Shown: piece by piece, positions 19,176 through 27,992 of the stretch | Layout of the letters: each line of letters opens with the position of its first letter | Numbering within the stretch: position 1 is the stretch's first letter | Assembly: GCA_965197655.1 (NCBI GenBank) | Contig: OZ240220.1 | Span: 804,412 to 868,411, forward strand | DNA from: Dehalococcoidia bacterium | GTDB lineage: Bacteria; Chloroflexota; Dehalococcoidia; Lucifugimonadales; UBA3495 | Direction of reading: 5' to 3' | Length of the DNA: 64,000 nt | Notes under the pieces: generated by a model | Databases searched by the model: none | Told to the model about the DNA's origin: nothing | What the model saw: only the letters and a program-made list of their open reading frames with translations | Position numbers and translations under genes: made by a program

Positions 19176-20237
19176 TTACTCGCCAGGCATTCGGACTGCC
19201 CGGGTAACTGCGGTGGAGCCTACCTTCGGCCCCCAACTAGGAATTACCGAGGACATATTCGATTCCTCGCCACCGGCGAAAACCAGGAGAATGTCCTCTG
19301 GCGCGGCGGCTAGATGCACCAACCTTTCCTCGTCCCCCGTTTCTACCTCGCCGGGGAAAACTTGCGCCCTTTTCAGGTCGGCCACCGAGCGCCGGATGCG
19401 GGAGTGCAGGTAACTCCTGACCTCGTCTTTGCTCCAGTCCCGCCACAGGCCGCTGTTGCCGGCTATGGTGACTACCGTCTCCCCCTGCCGTATGCCCGCG
19501 GCTGAGTCGCCAACGGAGCCGGAGGTGGAGAGGGATGTGCCCAGGGAAGAGGCAACGTCGGCGATGGCGTACAAGATGGCTTCGGGCCTTCCGACCGAAC
19601 GGACCTGCCGCGGCCCCTCGGCAGCGAAGACCGTAACTGCGCTCTGTTCCGGCGCGAACCCCCTTTCCACGTGCAGGGGTTTCCAGTGGGTTTCCGTTTC
19701 CGCCTCGGCGATGCAGTAGGTGAACTTTCCGGGATGTCCGATTACGCTGCGGTCAAACAGGCCGGGGATGGCGGCGCAGGCGTTCATCAGGACCAATCGC
19801 ATCGCCCGTCCAATGGTGGCGTTGGCCCGGTTGCCGGGGCCGAACAGGTTGTTGCGGGCGTTGATGTTCAACTCCCGGGCCACCGGGCCGTTGACGATAA
19901 CCAGGGTGGCCGCCCCGCCCATGCTGGAGGACGGCCCGACCAGGTTGAACTCCGGCGCCAGCATGGCTTCGGTAGCGGCCAGCACCACCGGCAGGTATTC
20001 GGGCAGACAACCCGCCATAACCGCGTTTGCGGCTACCTTCTCGGCGGTTATCACGCGCCGGCGTTCTGGCAGTTCGCCCACCACTTCCGACCCGTCCCGG
20101 CCAGCGCGCTCCAGAAACTCGGCTACTCGTTCGGCGGTCGGTGGCAGTACCGGTAGCCCGTCGGTCCAGCCCAGTTCATACAGGGTTTCTACCGCCTCGA
20201 ATACGTTATCCCAATTTGCTGTGGTGGTTTCGCTCAA
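19176..20237 (-). CDS. conserved hypothetical protein immediately upstream of the UGSC gene
   Basis: 353-aa ORF with protein-like composition (GWTDGLPVLPPTAERV..., NAVMAGCLPEYLPVV...). It lies on the same strand, 53 nt upstream of the UGSC gene. Confidence 0.65.
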   Translation of the reverse strand: MSETTTANWDNVFEAVETLYELGWTDGLPVLPPTAERVAEFLERAGRDGSEVVGELPERRRVITAEKVAANAVMAGCLPEYLPVVLAATEAMLAPEFNLVGPSSSMGGAATLVIVNGPVARELNINARNNLFGPGNRANATIGRAMRLVLMNACAAIPGLFDRSVIGHPGKFTYCIAEAETETHWKPLHVERGFAPEQSAVTVFAAEGPRQVRSVGRPEAILYAIADVASSLGTSLSTSGSVGDSAAGIRQGETVVTIAGNSGLWRDWSKDEVRSYLHSRIRRSVADLKRAQVFPGEVETGDEERLVHLAAAPEDILLVFAGGEESNMSSVIPSWGPKVGSTAVTRAVRMPGE

Positions 20238-20265
20238 GTTATCACTCTTTCCCGTTGAGATAGCG

Positions 20266-20562
20266 CTACTTTGTGAGTTCCGCCAGGCGGGGACCGAACA
20301 CCTGCTTGAACTTTAACAGATTTTCCACCATCCAGTCCCGAACCGCCTCAAGGGTATCGTCGTCTTCAATGCTACCGGGGCGGACTATGGCGACCCGGCA
20401 GGCCCGCCGGTTTTCCAATGGCTGGAAGTCCAGGGATTGACCTAGCTGGGACTCAATCCGTTCCCGGTGAACTTCCAGGTCTTTCAGCAGTTTGCTGTTC
20501 TTGTCTCTGTCCGGATAGTCAATATAGGCTTCTACCCTTTTTCGCCAAATTTGGTGTTGTTG
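20266..20562 (-). pseudogene. C-terminal fragment of a DUF4268-like protein (no start codon, N-terminal about 2/3 missing)
   Basis: The 98-codon open frame VEAYIDYPDRDKNSKLLKDLEVHRERIESQLGQSLDFQPLENRRACRVAIV...WMVENLLKFKQVFGPRLAELTK resembles the DUF4268 C-terminal module as I recall it. It is bounded upstream by an in-frame TGA and has no usable start before the last 52 codons. Confidence 0.45.
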
Positions 20563-20577
20563 TCATGGCTTCGCTCT

Positions 20578-20889
20578 TCAGTCAGCGGGTGTCGTAGGTG
20601 TGGGTGGGTAGAATATCGCAGCGTCTTCTGGGTCATGACGGTGGAAATACAGGGCTTCCAGTGTTCGTTGCGTACTCGCTTGTATTTCCTCGCGCAACGC
20701 CTGGTTATCCTCTCTGTTTTCCTTGCGCAACGCCTGGTTATCCTCTCTGTTTTCCTGTCGAACTGCACGTATCTCTTGACGCATATCTTGTCGGAGACCC
20801 CGAATTTCGGACATTAACCAGTAGAAAGCCCCGGCTCCTACCACCAGCAGCGAAAACAAGGCTCCTACAAATATTTCATAGGTTACCAT
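20578..20889 (-). CDS. small membrane-anchored coiled-coil protein with internal 11-aa tandem repeat
   Basis: N-terminal TM (IFVGALFSLLVVGAGAFYWLM) followed by RQENREDNQALRKENREDNQALREE. GAGGAG lies 6 nt upstream of the ATG. Confidence 0.5.
   Translation of the reverse strand: MVTYEIFVGALFSLLVVGAGAFYWLMSEIRGLRQDMRQEIRAVRQENREDNQALRKENREDNQALREEIQASTQRTLEALYFHRHDPEDAAIFYPPTPTTPAD
20687..20752. repeat. 2 x 33-bp perfect/near-perfect tandem repeat inside the small coiled-coil gene
   Basis: TCCT(C/T)GCGCAACGCCTGGTTATCCTCTCTGTTT occurs twice in tandem. Confidence 0.9.
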
Positions 20890-20959
20890 GGAATCTCCTC
20901 ATCGCGGTTTCAGCCGCCGGCAATCTGCCCTTCCGGAGCAGGCGCCGGCGGCAATTCCC

Positions 20960-21904
20960 CTACCTAACCCGCGCGTACTTGGAGAAGCTGCGCAGCTCCC
21001 GGGGCGGGTCCATGTGTGAGCCCCGGATGGTATATGACACCTCGGAGACGTACACGGCGCCGGTGGAGTCCACGGCTATGCCGTGGGGCGCGATGAACTG
21101 GCCGGCGCCCTCGCCCTCTTCCTTGGCTCCGAACATACCAACGCGGTTGCCTTCCAGGTCGTAGATGGTTACCCGGTGGCCCAGGCCCGGGGCGTCGTCC
21201 ACGCCGCCCATTCCGTTCAACTCGCCAATGTAGATGTTGTTGTCCCACAGAACCATAGCGTCGGGCCGGTGGATGTTGCTCCACATGGTGATGAAACCGC
21301 CTTCCGGATCAAAGACCTGCACCCGGTGGGCTTCCCGATCCACCACCAGTATCCGGTCATCGCCGTCCACGGCGATATTGTGCGGGCGGATGAACTGGCC
21401 GGCGTCAATGCCCGGCTCGCCCCAACTGAACTTGTACGCCCCGTCGCCGGTATAGACATGGATGCGAGAGTTGCCGTACCCGTCGGAGATGTAGATGTCG
21501 CCGTTGGCCGGGCGGATGGCTGCTGAAGTGGGGCGGTTGAAGGGCTGGCCACTCCACTTGGGGGCGGGATGGTTGCGCTCGCCGATTTCCATCACCTTTT
21601 CCCCGTCGGGGGTGAACTTCTGGATGGTATGGATGCCGTCGTCGGCGGCCAGGATGGAATCGTCATGGGCGATGTAGAGGCCGTGGGTGCGGTTGCTGAA
21701 CAGCCCCTGGCCAAAGGAGCGCAGGTAATTGCCGTCCTTGTCGAACACCATAATCGGTTGCTCGCCACGGGTCAGGATGAACACGCGGTCCGCTGAGTCG
21801 CAGACCACGCCGGGGCATTCCATCAGGCGCATCCCCTGCGGCAGCTTTACCCAATCCTCCACAAAATTGTATTGAAAGTCGCCTTCACCGAAAACTTCTG
21901 CCAT
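20960..21904 (-). CDS. NHL-repeat six-bladed beta-propeller protein (peptidyl-alpha-hydroxyglycine alpha-amidating lyase-like)
   Basis: Repeated blades (GIAVD..., IYISDGYGNSRIHVY, VVDREAHRVQVFD, VYVSEVS). The start is set at the internal Met (MAEVFGEG) with a GAGGAGGAGAA RBS. Confidence 0.75.
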   Translation of the reverse strand: MAEVFGEGDFQYNFVEDWVKLPQGMRLMECPGVVCDSADRVFILTRGEQPIMVFDKDGNYLRSFGQGLFSNRTHGLYIAHDDSILAADDGIHTIQKFTPDGEKVMEIGERNHPAPKWSGQPFNRPTSAAIRPANGDIYISDGYGNSRIHVYTGDGAYKFSWGEPGIDAGQFIRPHNIAVDGDDRILVVDREAHRVQVFDPEGGFITMWSNIHRPDAMVLWDNNIYIGELNGMGGVDDAPGLGHRVTIYDLEGNRVGMFGAKEEGEGAGQFIAPHGIAVDSTGAVYVSEVSYTIRGSHMDPPRELRSFSKYARVR

Positions 21905-22034
21905 AGTTTTCTCCTCCTCATCTCGGTCACCGCAGCGGATTAGTCGTGACTTGACTTGACCGGAAAATTTCCAAAGCTCTGCGGTTTTGGTCATACTACC
22001 GCTATGGAATGTTAACGTCAATTGCAGTCGCGGA

Positions 22035-22451
22035 TTACGCCGCCGTATCGTCATCCTGGAAGATGCCGATGGGATTGCCTTCCGTATCGATGAAGTAGGC
22101 AGCGTAGCCCACCCCGGGGATGGCGAACTTGGGAACGGTGAGGACGCCGCCGCCGTCGGTGATTTTGGGGACGTAGTCGTCAATGGACGGCACCTGCATA
22201 ACTATAGTATTAACCGCAGTATTAACCGCGTCGATAACCGCCGCCGGGTCGGTGTCCGGGTCGGGGCCTGGTTCGGAACGTCGCAGCATACCGCCGTTAA
22301 TTCCCGGCTCCGAGTCCTCCCCGGTATTGACCAGCCAAAACCCCGCATCGCCTTCCCAACCGGTAATTTTCCAGTCGAAGATTTCGCTATAGAACTTGCT
22401 GGCGCGCTCCGGGTCGTCAACGTACATCTGGAAATGGACTACTCTAGGCAT
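22035..22451 (-). CDS. VOC (glyoxalase/bleomycin-resistance fold) family protein, tandem paralog A
   Basis: MPRVVHFQMYVDDPERASKFYSEIFDWKI... and the C-terminal GYAAYFIDTEGNPIGIFQDD. Confidence 0.8.
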   Translation of the reverse strand: MPRVVHFQMYVDDPERASKFYSEIFDWKITGWEGDAGFWLVNTGEDSEPGINGGMLRRSEPGPDPDTDPAAVIDAVNTAVNTIVMQVPSIDDYVPKITDGGGVLTVPKFAIPGVGYAAYFIDTEGNPIGIFQDDDTAA

Positions 22452-22494
22452 CTTGTCTCCTGCCCCTAATCTCGGTTTAGCTGACGCCCCGGCC

Positions 22495-22869
22495 TTAGCT
22501 GGCGGCGCTGTCATCCTCAAAGATTCCGAAAGGATTGCCTTCCGTGTCCTTGAAATAGGCGGCGTAGCCAACCCCGGGCACGGCGAACTTGGGTACAAGG
22601 AGGGTTCCGCCACTGCCAGCAATCTTGTCGGTGTAGTCGTCCACCGACGGCACATCCAGGATCACAGTGGTTACCGCCGCCGGATCGGGGCGTTGCAACA
22701 ACCCTCCGTTGATTCCCTGCGCCGGCTCCTCGCCGGTGTTGACCAGCCAATAGACGAAACCGCCTTCCCCTTCCCACTTGTTAACGGACCAGCCGAAAAC
22801 GTCGCCATAGAATTGGCTGGCTCGGTCCAGGTCATCGGCGTAAACTTCAAAATGGACTACTCTGGGCAT
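22495..22869 (-). CDS. VOC family protein, tandem paralog B
   Basis: MPRVVHFEVYADDLDRASQFYGDVFGWSV... GYAAYFKDTEGNPFGIFEDD. It is clearly paralogous to the adjacent gene. Confidence 0.8.
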   Translation of the reverse strand: MPRVVHFEVYADDLDRASQFYGDVFGWSVNKWEGEGGFVYWLVNTGEEPAQGINGGLLQRPDPAAVTTVILDVPSVDDYTDKIAGSGGTLLVPKFAVPGVGYAAYFKDTEGNPFGIFEDDSAAS

Positions 22870-22906
22870 TGGTAAACTCCTTCAAATCATTTTTGCCGTT
22901 AGCTAA

Positions 22907-23059
22907 GGATACTCTGAATAAGTCATTGAACACTAGCGCCTTCACCCGTCGTTCCTGCGCCGGCAGGAACCTCTGTACGTAACATTTTAGGTTCCTGCCG
23001 GCGCAGGAACGACAGATAAGTGTAAACATCACGAGTCACGGACTTATTCAGAGGTTTCC
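22907..23059. repeat. PAL-1 element, CTCTGAATAAGTC module (inverted relative to 12315..12466)
   Basis: GGATACTCTGAATAAGTC ... GACTTATTCAGAGGTTTCC. Confidence 0.85.
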
Positions 23060-23199
23060 TAACACTTAACTAGACTAGCAAACTTGAGTACAAGCGCACA
23101 ATGGGCAACTGTCAGTAAGATGCCCTACCCGATTTCGGGTAGGGCATTCAATCAAGGGAATCCATAAACCTCTGGTGGCACCGGACGCTTACTGTTAGG

Positions 23200-24798
23200 T
23201 CAGGCTACCAGACTGCTCCCCTCACCCTTAACAAAGTCGGCGGTGCGCAGGGCCAGGGCCTGAATCGTGGTGGTGGGGTTGATGCAAGCGCCGGTGGTGA
23301 AAATGCTGCCGTCAATAATCAGCAGGTTGGGTACGTCATGGGCGCGGCCCCAACGGTCCACTACCGAATTGCTGGGGTCGTCTCCCATTCGTGCCGTGCC
23401 CAGCAGGTGCCAGCCGGCATTGCGCCGCAGGTGGGAGGGGAAGGTCTGCTTGGCGCCGGCCGCCTCCAATACCTCCCGCGCCCGCTCCACGCCGTGGTCC
23501 AGCATTTTGTGGGTATTCTCACTAACGGTGTACTGAATCCTGGGCGCCGGTATGCCGTGGGAGTCAGTTAATACCGGGTCGAGGGTTACCTGGTTGCTTT
23601 CTTCGGGCAGGTCCTCGGTCATTATGGTTACGCTGATGGTGTGGCCGAAGCGCTCGCCGAAAACCCGGTGGTGGTCCTGGCCCCAAGGCGCCACCTCTTG
23701 CTGGATACCTCCCAGGGCGGTGGGCAGTGGTGAGCCGGTGACGCCGGTAATTTGCAGGTCGTAGCCGCGGACAAAGCCCCGGCTCAGGTCGGTCTCGTAG
23801 AACTCCTGGCTTAGCATAGTGCTGCCCCGGGGGCCGGAGTCGGCGCCGAGCCATTCCTCAAAGATGCCCATCACCCCGCCGCAGGGGTGGTGCATCAGGT
23901 TCCTGCCCACCAGTCCGCTGCTGTTAGCTAAACCCTGGGGGAAGAGGGCGGACTTGGAGTTGAGCAGCAGGCGGGCGGTGCCGATTCCGTTGCCGGCCAT
24001 CACTACGACCCGCGCCCGCTGTTCTTGCAGGTTGCCCTCGGCATCATAGTAAAGGGCGCCGGAGGCCCGGCCCGATTTGTCCACCAGGATTTCCCGAACC
24101 CGGGCGTAGGTCTTGAGGCGGGCGCCCAGGCGCAGGGCCTTGGGCCAGTAAATGATGTCGGCGCTGGACATAGAGCGAAGGGCGCCGCCAGTGTCCGGCT
24201 GCCGTCCGTCGTATTCCACCGAGGAGATAGCGTTATCCGATGACCACCAGTGCCAGCCCAGCTTGTTGAAGCCCTTGGCCAGCAGTTCCCCGCCAATGCC
24301 GATGGGCAGAGGCGGCGTGGGCCGTTGTGGCTTGGGCGGGTAAGCCGGATCGCCGGCTAGGCCGGATACACCATTCATCCGGTCGTTCAGGTCGTAGTAG
24401 GGTTCCAGTTCGGCGTAGGTCATCGGCCAGTCGTCGGCCACGCCGTCCTGGGACTTGAGGCGAAAGTCGGAGGGATGGAAGCGGGGGAAATGGGAACCCC
24501 AGTGGATGGTGCTGCCGCCGACGGCGTTGTACATCAGCGGCGAAATGGGAGTTTCTGCCTCGTTTACGGGGTAATCTTCGGGGAGGCCGCGGAAATTCGG
24601 GTTGGAATGAAAGTCGTTCTGCCAGCGCACCTGGGCGTCCGGCTCGCTGGTGGGAAAGGCGTCCAGGGGGACCCAGCCGCCCTGTTCCAGGCAGACCACC
24701 TTGATGCCGGCCTGGGCCAGGCTCCAGGTAAATGCCCCACCGGAGGCGCCCGCGCCGATTACCAGAACATCCGCAACTTCGTGTCGATTTACCATCAT
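23200..24798 (-). CDS. GMC family oxidoreductase
   Basis: N-terminal FAD motif DVLVIGAGASGG and a C-terminal GMC region (HLLGTARMG...). Confidence 0.9.
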   Translation of the reverse strand: MMVNRHEVADVLVIGAGASGGAFTWSLAQAGIKVVCLEQGGWVPLDAFPTSEPDAQVRWQNDFHSNPNFRGLPEDYPVNEAETPISPLMYNAVGGSTIHWGSHFPRFHPSDFRLKSQDGVADDWPMTYAELEPYYDLNDRMNGVSGLAGDPAYPPKPQRPTPPLPIGIGGELLAKGFNKLGWHWWSSDNAISSVEYDGRQPDTGGALRSMSSADIIYWPKALRLGARLKTYARVREILVDKSGRASGALYYDAEGNLQEQRARVVVMAGNGIGTARLLLNSKSALFPQGLANSSGLVGRNLMHHPCGGVMGIFEEWLGADSGPRGSTMLSQEFYETDLSRGFVRGYDLQITGVTGSPLPTALGGIQQEVAPWGQDHHRVFGERFGHTISVTIMTEDLPEESNQVTLDPVLTDSHGIPAPRIQYTVSENTHKMLDHGVERAREVLEAAGAKQTFPSHLRRNAGWHLLGTARMGDDPSNSVVDRWGRAHDVPNLLIIDGSIFTTGACINPTTTIQALALRTADFVKGEGSSLVA

Positions 24799-24887
24799 CC
24801 CTCCGGGTCTTCATTGGTTTATCCACGAATGGACACTAATAGGCACGAATAGAATGGGTACGCCACCCCCCTAACGCCCTATGCCAA

Positions 24888-26084
24888 TTACCGCCGCTCA
24901 AACACTGCCGCCATGCCCTGGCCGCCGCCGACGCACATGGTTTCCAGGCCATACTGCACACCCCGTCGCTCCATTTCGTGGAGCAGGGTGGTCAGGATGC
25001 GGGCGCCGGTGGCGGCAATGGGGTGGCCCAGGGAGATGCCGGAGCCGTTGACGTTCAGCTTGTCCTCGTTGGGCAGCTTCCACTCCCGCAGCACGGACAG
25101 TACCTGGGCGGCAAAAGCCTCGTTCAGTTCAATCAGGTCCATGTCTTCCAGGGACATACCGATTTTGGGCATTAGCTTGTTGACCGACGGCACCGGGCCG
25201 ATTCCCATGTAGGCCGGGTGGCAGCCGGTTACGGCCCACCCCTTCAGGTAGCCCATCGGCGTCAACCCCAATTCTTCCAGCTTGTCCTCGGCCACTACCA
25301 GACAAACGGAAGCGGCGTCGTTCTGGCTGCTGGCGTTGCCGGCGGTGACCGTCCCGTTGGGCATCACCGGGCGGAGCCGGCCCAGGGCTTCGATAGAGGT
25401 ATCAGCCCGCGGGTTTTCGTCCTTGTTGAAATCTACCGGGTCGCCTCGCCGTTGGGGGATGGGCACTCCCACGATTTCCTGGTCGAACTTGCCCGACTCA
25501 ACGGCGGCAATCGCCCGCTGGTGGCTGCGCAGAGCATATTCGTCCTGCTCTTCCCGGGAAATTTCGTACTGTTTCGCCAGGTTCTCTGCGGTTTCTACCA
25601 TGCCGGAGATATAGCCGAAACGCTCCTCCGGGGAGATGGTTTCCCGGGCGCGCACCAGTCGGTCGTGCATCGTCAGCGAGCCGAACCGGCTGCCCCAGCG
25701 GGACTCGTTGACATAATACTCGGCGTTGCTCATGCTCTCCACGCCGCCGGCGATAACCGCATCGGCGTTCTCCGTCTGTATGAGCATCGCGGCGTTGAGG
25801 ATGGCTTGCAGGCCGGAAGAGCAGCGGCGGTCCAACTGGTAGCCGGGGACTTCAATGGGAAGTTCGGCCTTCAGTCCGGCCAACCGGCCAATGGCCGGGT
25901 TCTCGCCGCTGGGATAGCCCAGGCCCAGAATAACGTCGTCCACCCTGGCCGGCTCAATACCGCTGCGCTCGACCAACTCCTTGATAACCAGGGAACTGAG
26001 GTCGGCGGCGGAAACACCCCGCAGCGCCCCGCCGAAATTGCCTACGGCAGTCCTGACCGGTGATACTATTGCGACTCCTCGCAT
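24888..26084 (-). CDS. acetyl-CoA C-acyltransferase (thiolase)
   Basis: Active-site CSSGLQAI, NGSGISLGHPIAATG and CVGGGQGMA. Confidence 0.9.
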   Translation of the reverse strand: MRGVAIVSPVRTAVGNFGGALRGVSAADLSSLVIKELVERSGIEPARVDDVILGLGYPSGENPAIGRLAGLKAELPIEVPGYQLDRRCSSGLQAILNAAMLIQTENADAVIAGGVESMSNAEYYVNESRWGSRFGSLTMHDRLVRARETISPEERFGYISGMVETAENLAKQYEISREEQDEYALRSHQRAIAAVESGKFDQEIVGVPIPQRRGDPVDFNKDENPRADTSIEALGRLRPVMPNGTVTAGNASSQNDAASVCLVVAEDKLEELGLTPMGYLKGWAVTGCHPAYMGIGPVPSVNKLMPKIGMSLEDMDLIELNEAFAAQVLSVLREWKLPNEDKLNVNGSGISLGHPIAATGARILTTLLHEMERRGVQYGLETMCVGGGQGMAAVFERR

Positions 26085-26257
26085 CTGCTGCTCCTTATTG
26101 CTGAAGGTTAGTTTTGGTGGAACTTCTGCCTTTTTCGATGGGCAATATAATACCCGGTTGCGTCCCCGATGTCGAATCTCCCCGCCGCTTCGTGGTAGAA
26201 TGACACACGCCGAAAACTACGGTTCCTTTTCTGGTCCGTATTTTAAGGCCGAACCTT

Positions 26258-26330
26258 GGGGGTGTAGCTCAGTCGGGAGAGCACCTGCTTTGCAAGCAGG
26301 GGGTCAGGGGTTCGAATCCCCTCACCTCCA
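26258..26330 (+). tRNA. tRNA-Ala (anticodon UGC)
   Basis: GGGGGTGTAGCTCAGTCGGGAGAGCACCTGCTTTGCAAGCAGGGGGTCAGGGGTTCGAATCCCCTCACCTCCA folds as a cloverleaf. The anticodon loop is TTTGCAA, the G3:U70 Ala identity pair is present, and the sequence is followed by CCT rather than an encoded CCA. Confidence 0.92.
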
Positions 26331-26332
26331 CC
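26275..26332 (+). repeat. 58-bp direct repeat, copy 1 (within the intact tRNA-Ala; putative attL)
   Basis: Identical to 28377..28434 (GGGAGAGCACCTGCTTTGCAAGCAGGGGGTCAGGGGTTCGAATCCCCTCACCTCCACC). Confidence 0.9.
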
Positions 26333-26417
26333 TTTGTCGCTGAAACTTGTCATATCCAAAGACCAATGTAGTATTGGTCAAGGTGATTAGGCTTCTGCAA
26401 ATTTTCCTAACATCAAG

Positions 26418-27365
26418 GTGGTCATATTGGCTAGATTTTTCCTTACATCTTATACGGTGAGATTACGGCGTAAGAACTCTAGAGAGTACCTTCATCTGGA
26501 CAACTTTGCGAATAATCATGATTTTCTGGCGACGCTCACGACTTATCTGCGGGAACGCCAGGCCAATCGATCTATCAACGGTGAAACGCAGAAGCTGCTT
26601 GGGGTCCTCAATTACCAACAACAAGGTAGAACCATAAGCGGTAGATTTGAATCTGGGGAGTACGGATACGAAGCTGAGTTATACGATGTGCAAGCTGACG
26701 CGATGGCATATCAGCGGACAATGTACGACGCAGAAGTAATCCCCTTTTATTTCCGTGCTCAATTCCCTAACCAGCAAGATGAAGGAGTGTTGGTACTGCA
26801 AAGGAGAGGACAGTTAGGCGTGAAGTTAGCCCTGATGCAAGATTTCTCAAATTACTTTGGTAATTTGTACCCAAATCTAATGCTTGAGATCAATCCGCTA
26901 GTTCCCCAGCAATTGATCGACCAGCTTATGGGAAATGGGGAACTTACAAAGGTTAGGTTTGTGAGGTTTGATATTCCCAATGACATTACTGATGCCTACG
27001 AAGGCGGTGGGCACGTAGAGCAGTTGGGGCACGCTGAGTTGGTGATACTTGCAAGGAGAAATAGAAGGATCCCTCTATTGGATAGAGTCCGTGATGTCCT
27101 GGCGCGAAGAAGGCAAGTAAATGAGATGGTTGAGATCCAAGATTTTGATTACGACACCGTCAAGGTGGAGATACAACTTGGTAGTAGTAAGAGAACAGTG
27201 GACCTTTCTGACGTCATGAACCTAAGGTCAAATTATGACGTTACAGATGACTTGGAAATAGGAGCAGATGGTCATCCTTTATTCGATAGTATTGACGGCG
27301 TGGCTAGAGAACTCTTGGAGGAGTTGATGCAGGGGATTGGTGCCGGTGAGAATAATGCTGGATAA
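26418..27365 (+). CDS. hypothetical soluble protein (islet cassette gene 1)
   Basis: 315-aa ORF with low GC and no family recognised. An alternative TTG start at 26427 follows AAGGTGG. Its stop overlaps the start of the next gene. Confidence 0.6.
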   Translation: MVILARFFLTSYTVRLRRKNSREYLHLDNFANNHDFLATLTTYLRERQANRSINGETQKLLGVLNYQQQGRTISGRFESGEYGYEAELYDVQADAMAYQRTMYDAEVIPFYFRAQFPNQQDEGVLVLQRRGQLGVKLALMQDFSNYFGNLYPNLMLEINPLVPQQLIDQLMGNGELTKVRFVRFDIPNDITDAYEGGGHVEQLGHAELVILARRNRRIPLLDRVRDVLARRRQVNEMVEIQDFDYDTVKVEIQLGSSKRTVDLSDVMNLRSNYDVTDDLEIGADGHPLFDSIDGVARELLEELMQGIGAGENNAG

Positions 27366-27870
27366 GATCAACATATCAGGGATTATTCGCGACCATCTCG
27401 GAACACTGCGAGACTATCCTCAAGACAAGAGAAGTTCAGTGGATTTCATCGTATTTTTCGGCACCCCGGCAATAATGACTGGTTTGTTGCTAAAGTTCTA
27501 TGGTGGCCTTGAAAAAGACTTGATCACTATTGTCTCTACTTCCTTGTCGATTTTTGCTGCCCTGCTCTTTAACCTTTTGCTGCTGGCCTACGATCTATCA
27601 CGAAGGACTATTGGCCCAAATGAAAACCCAGACGGACTAAGACAAAGGCTAATTAAAGAAGTCATAAGTAATATATCCTTCGCTATTTTAGTAGCACTTG
27701 TAGCTATTGCTTCAGTGCTTGCCGTTGTGGTAATGGATTGTTCCGAGGTCGCCACGTTTGCTTTAAGCGGTGTGGTTTTCTTCCTGGTTTCTTTATTCTT
27801 TCTTACCCTCTTAATGTTACTGAAGAGAGTACATGTGCTCTTAAAGGGAGAGGTTGAAAAGGGTGCATAG
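27356..27870 (+). CDS. hypothetical 4-TM membrane protein (islet cassette gene 2)
   Basis: The ATG at 27356 overlaps the upstream stop (ATGCTGGATAA). There are four hydrophobic helices arranged as two helical hairpins. Confidence 0.6.
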
Positions 27871-27992
27871 AGGGAATGCCCTTAGCTTGAAAGCAGCTTT
27901 GCTTTAGAAAGCTGTGCTAAAGAAGTGGTCATATCAAGAAATTCTATTTAGAACAGACATCCGGGTCAGGTTTAGTATCAGGATTCCCCCAA

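Noticed and set aside
20960-22655. Long N-terminal extensions of ORFs 20960..22183 and 22035..22655 (both Ser/Pro/Thr-rich, ...PSPGWATLPTSSIRKAIPSASSRMT... and ...PCPGLATPPISRTRKAILSESLRMT...)
   Set aside because: Each extension overlaps the next VOC paralog in another frame, and their similarity to each other simply reflects the VOC gene duplication. Internal Met codons with strong RBSs give normal-length proteins.
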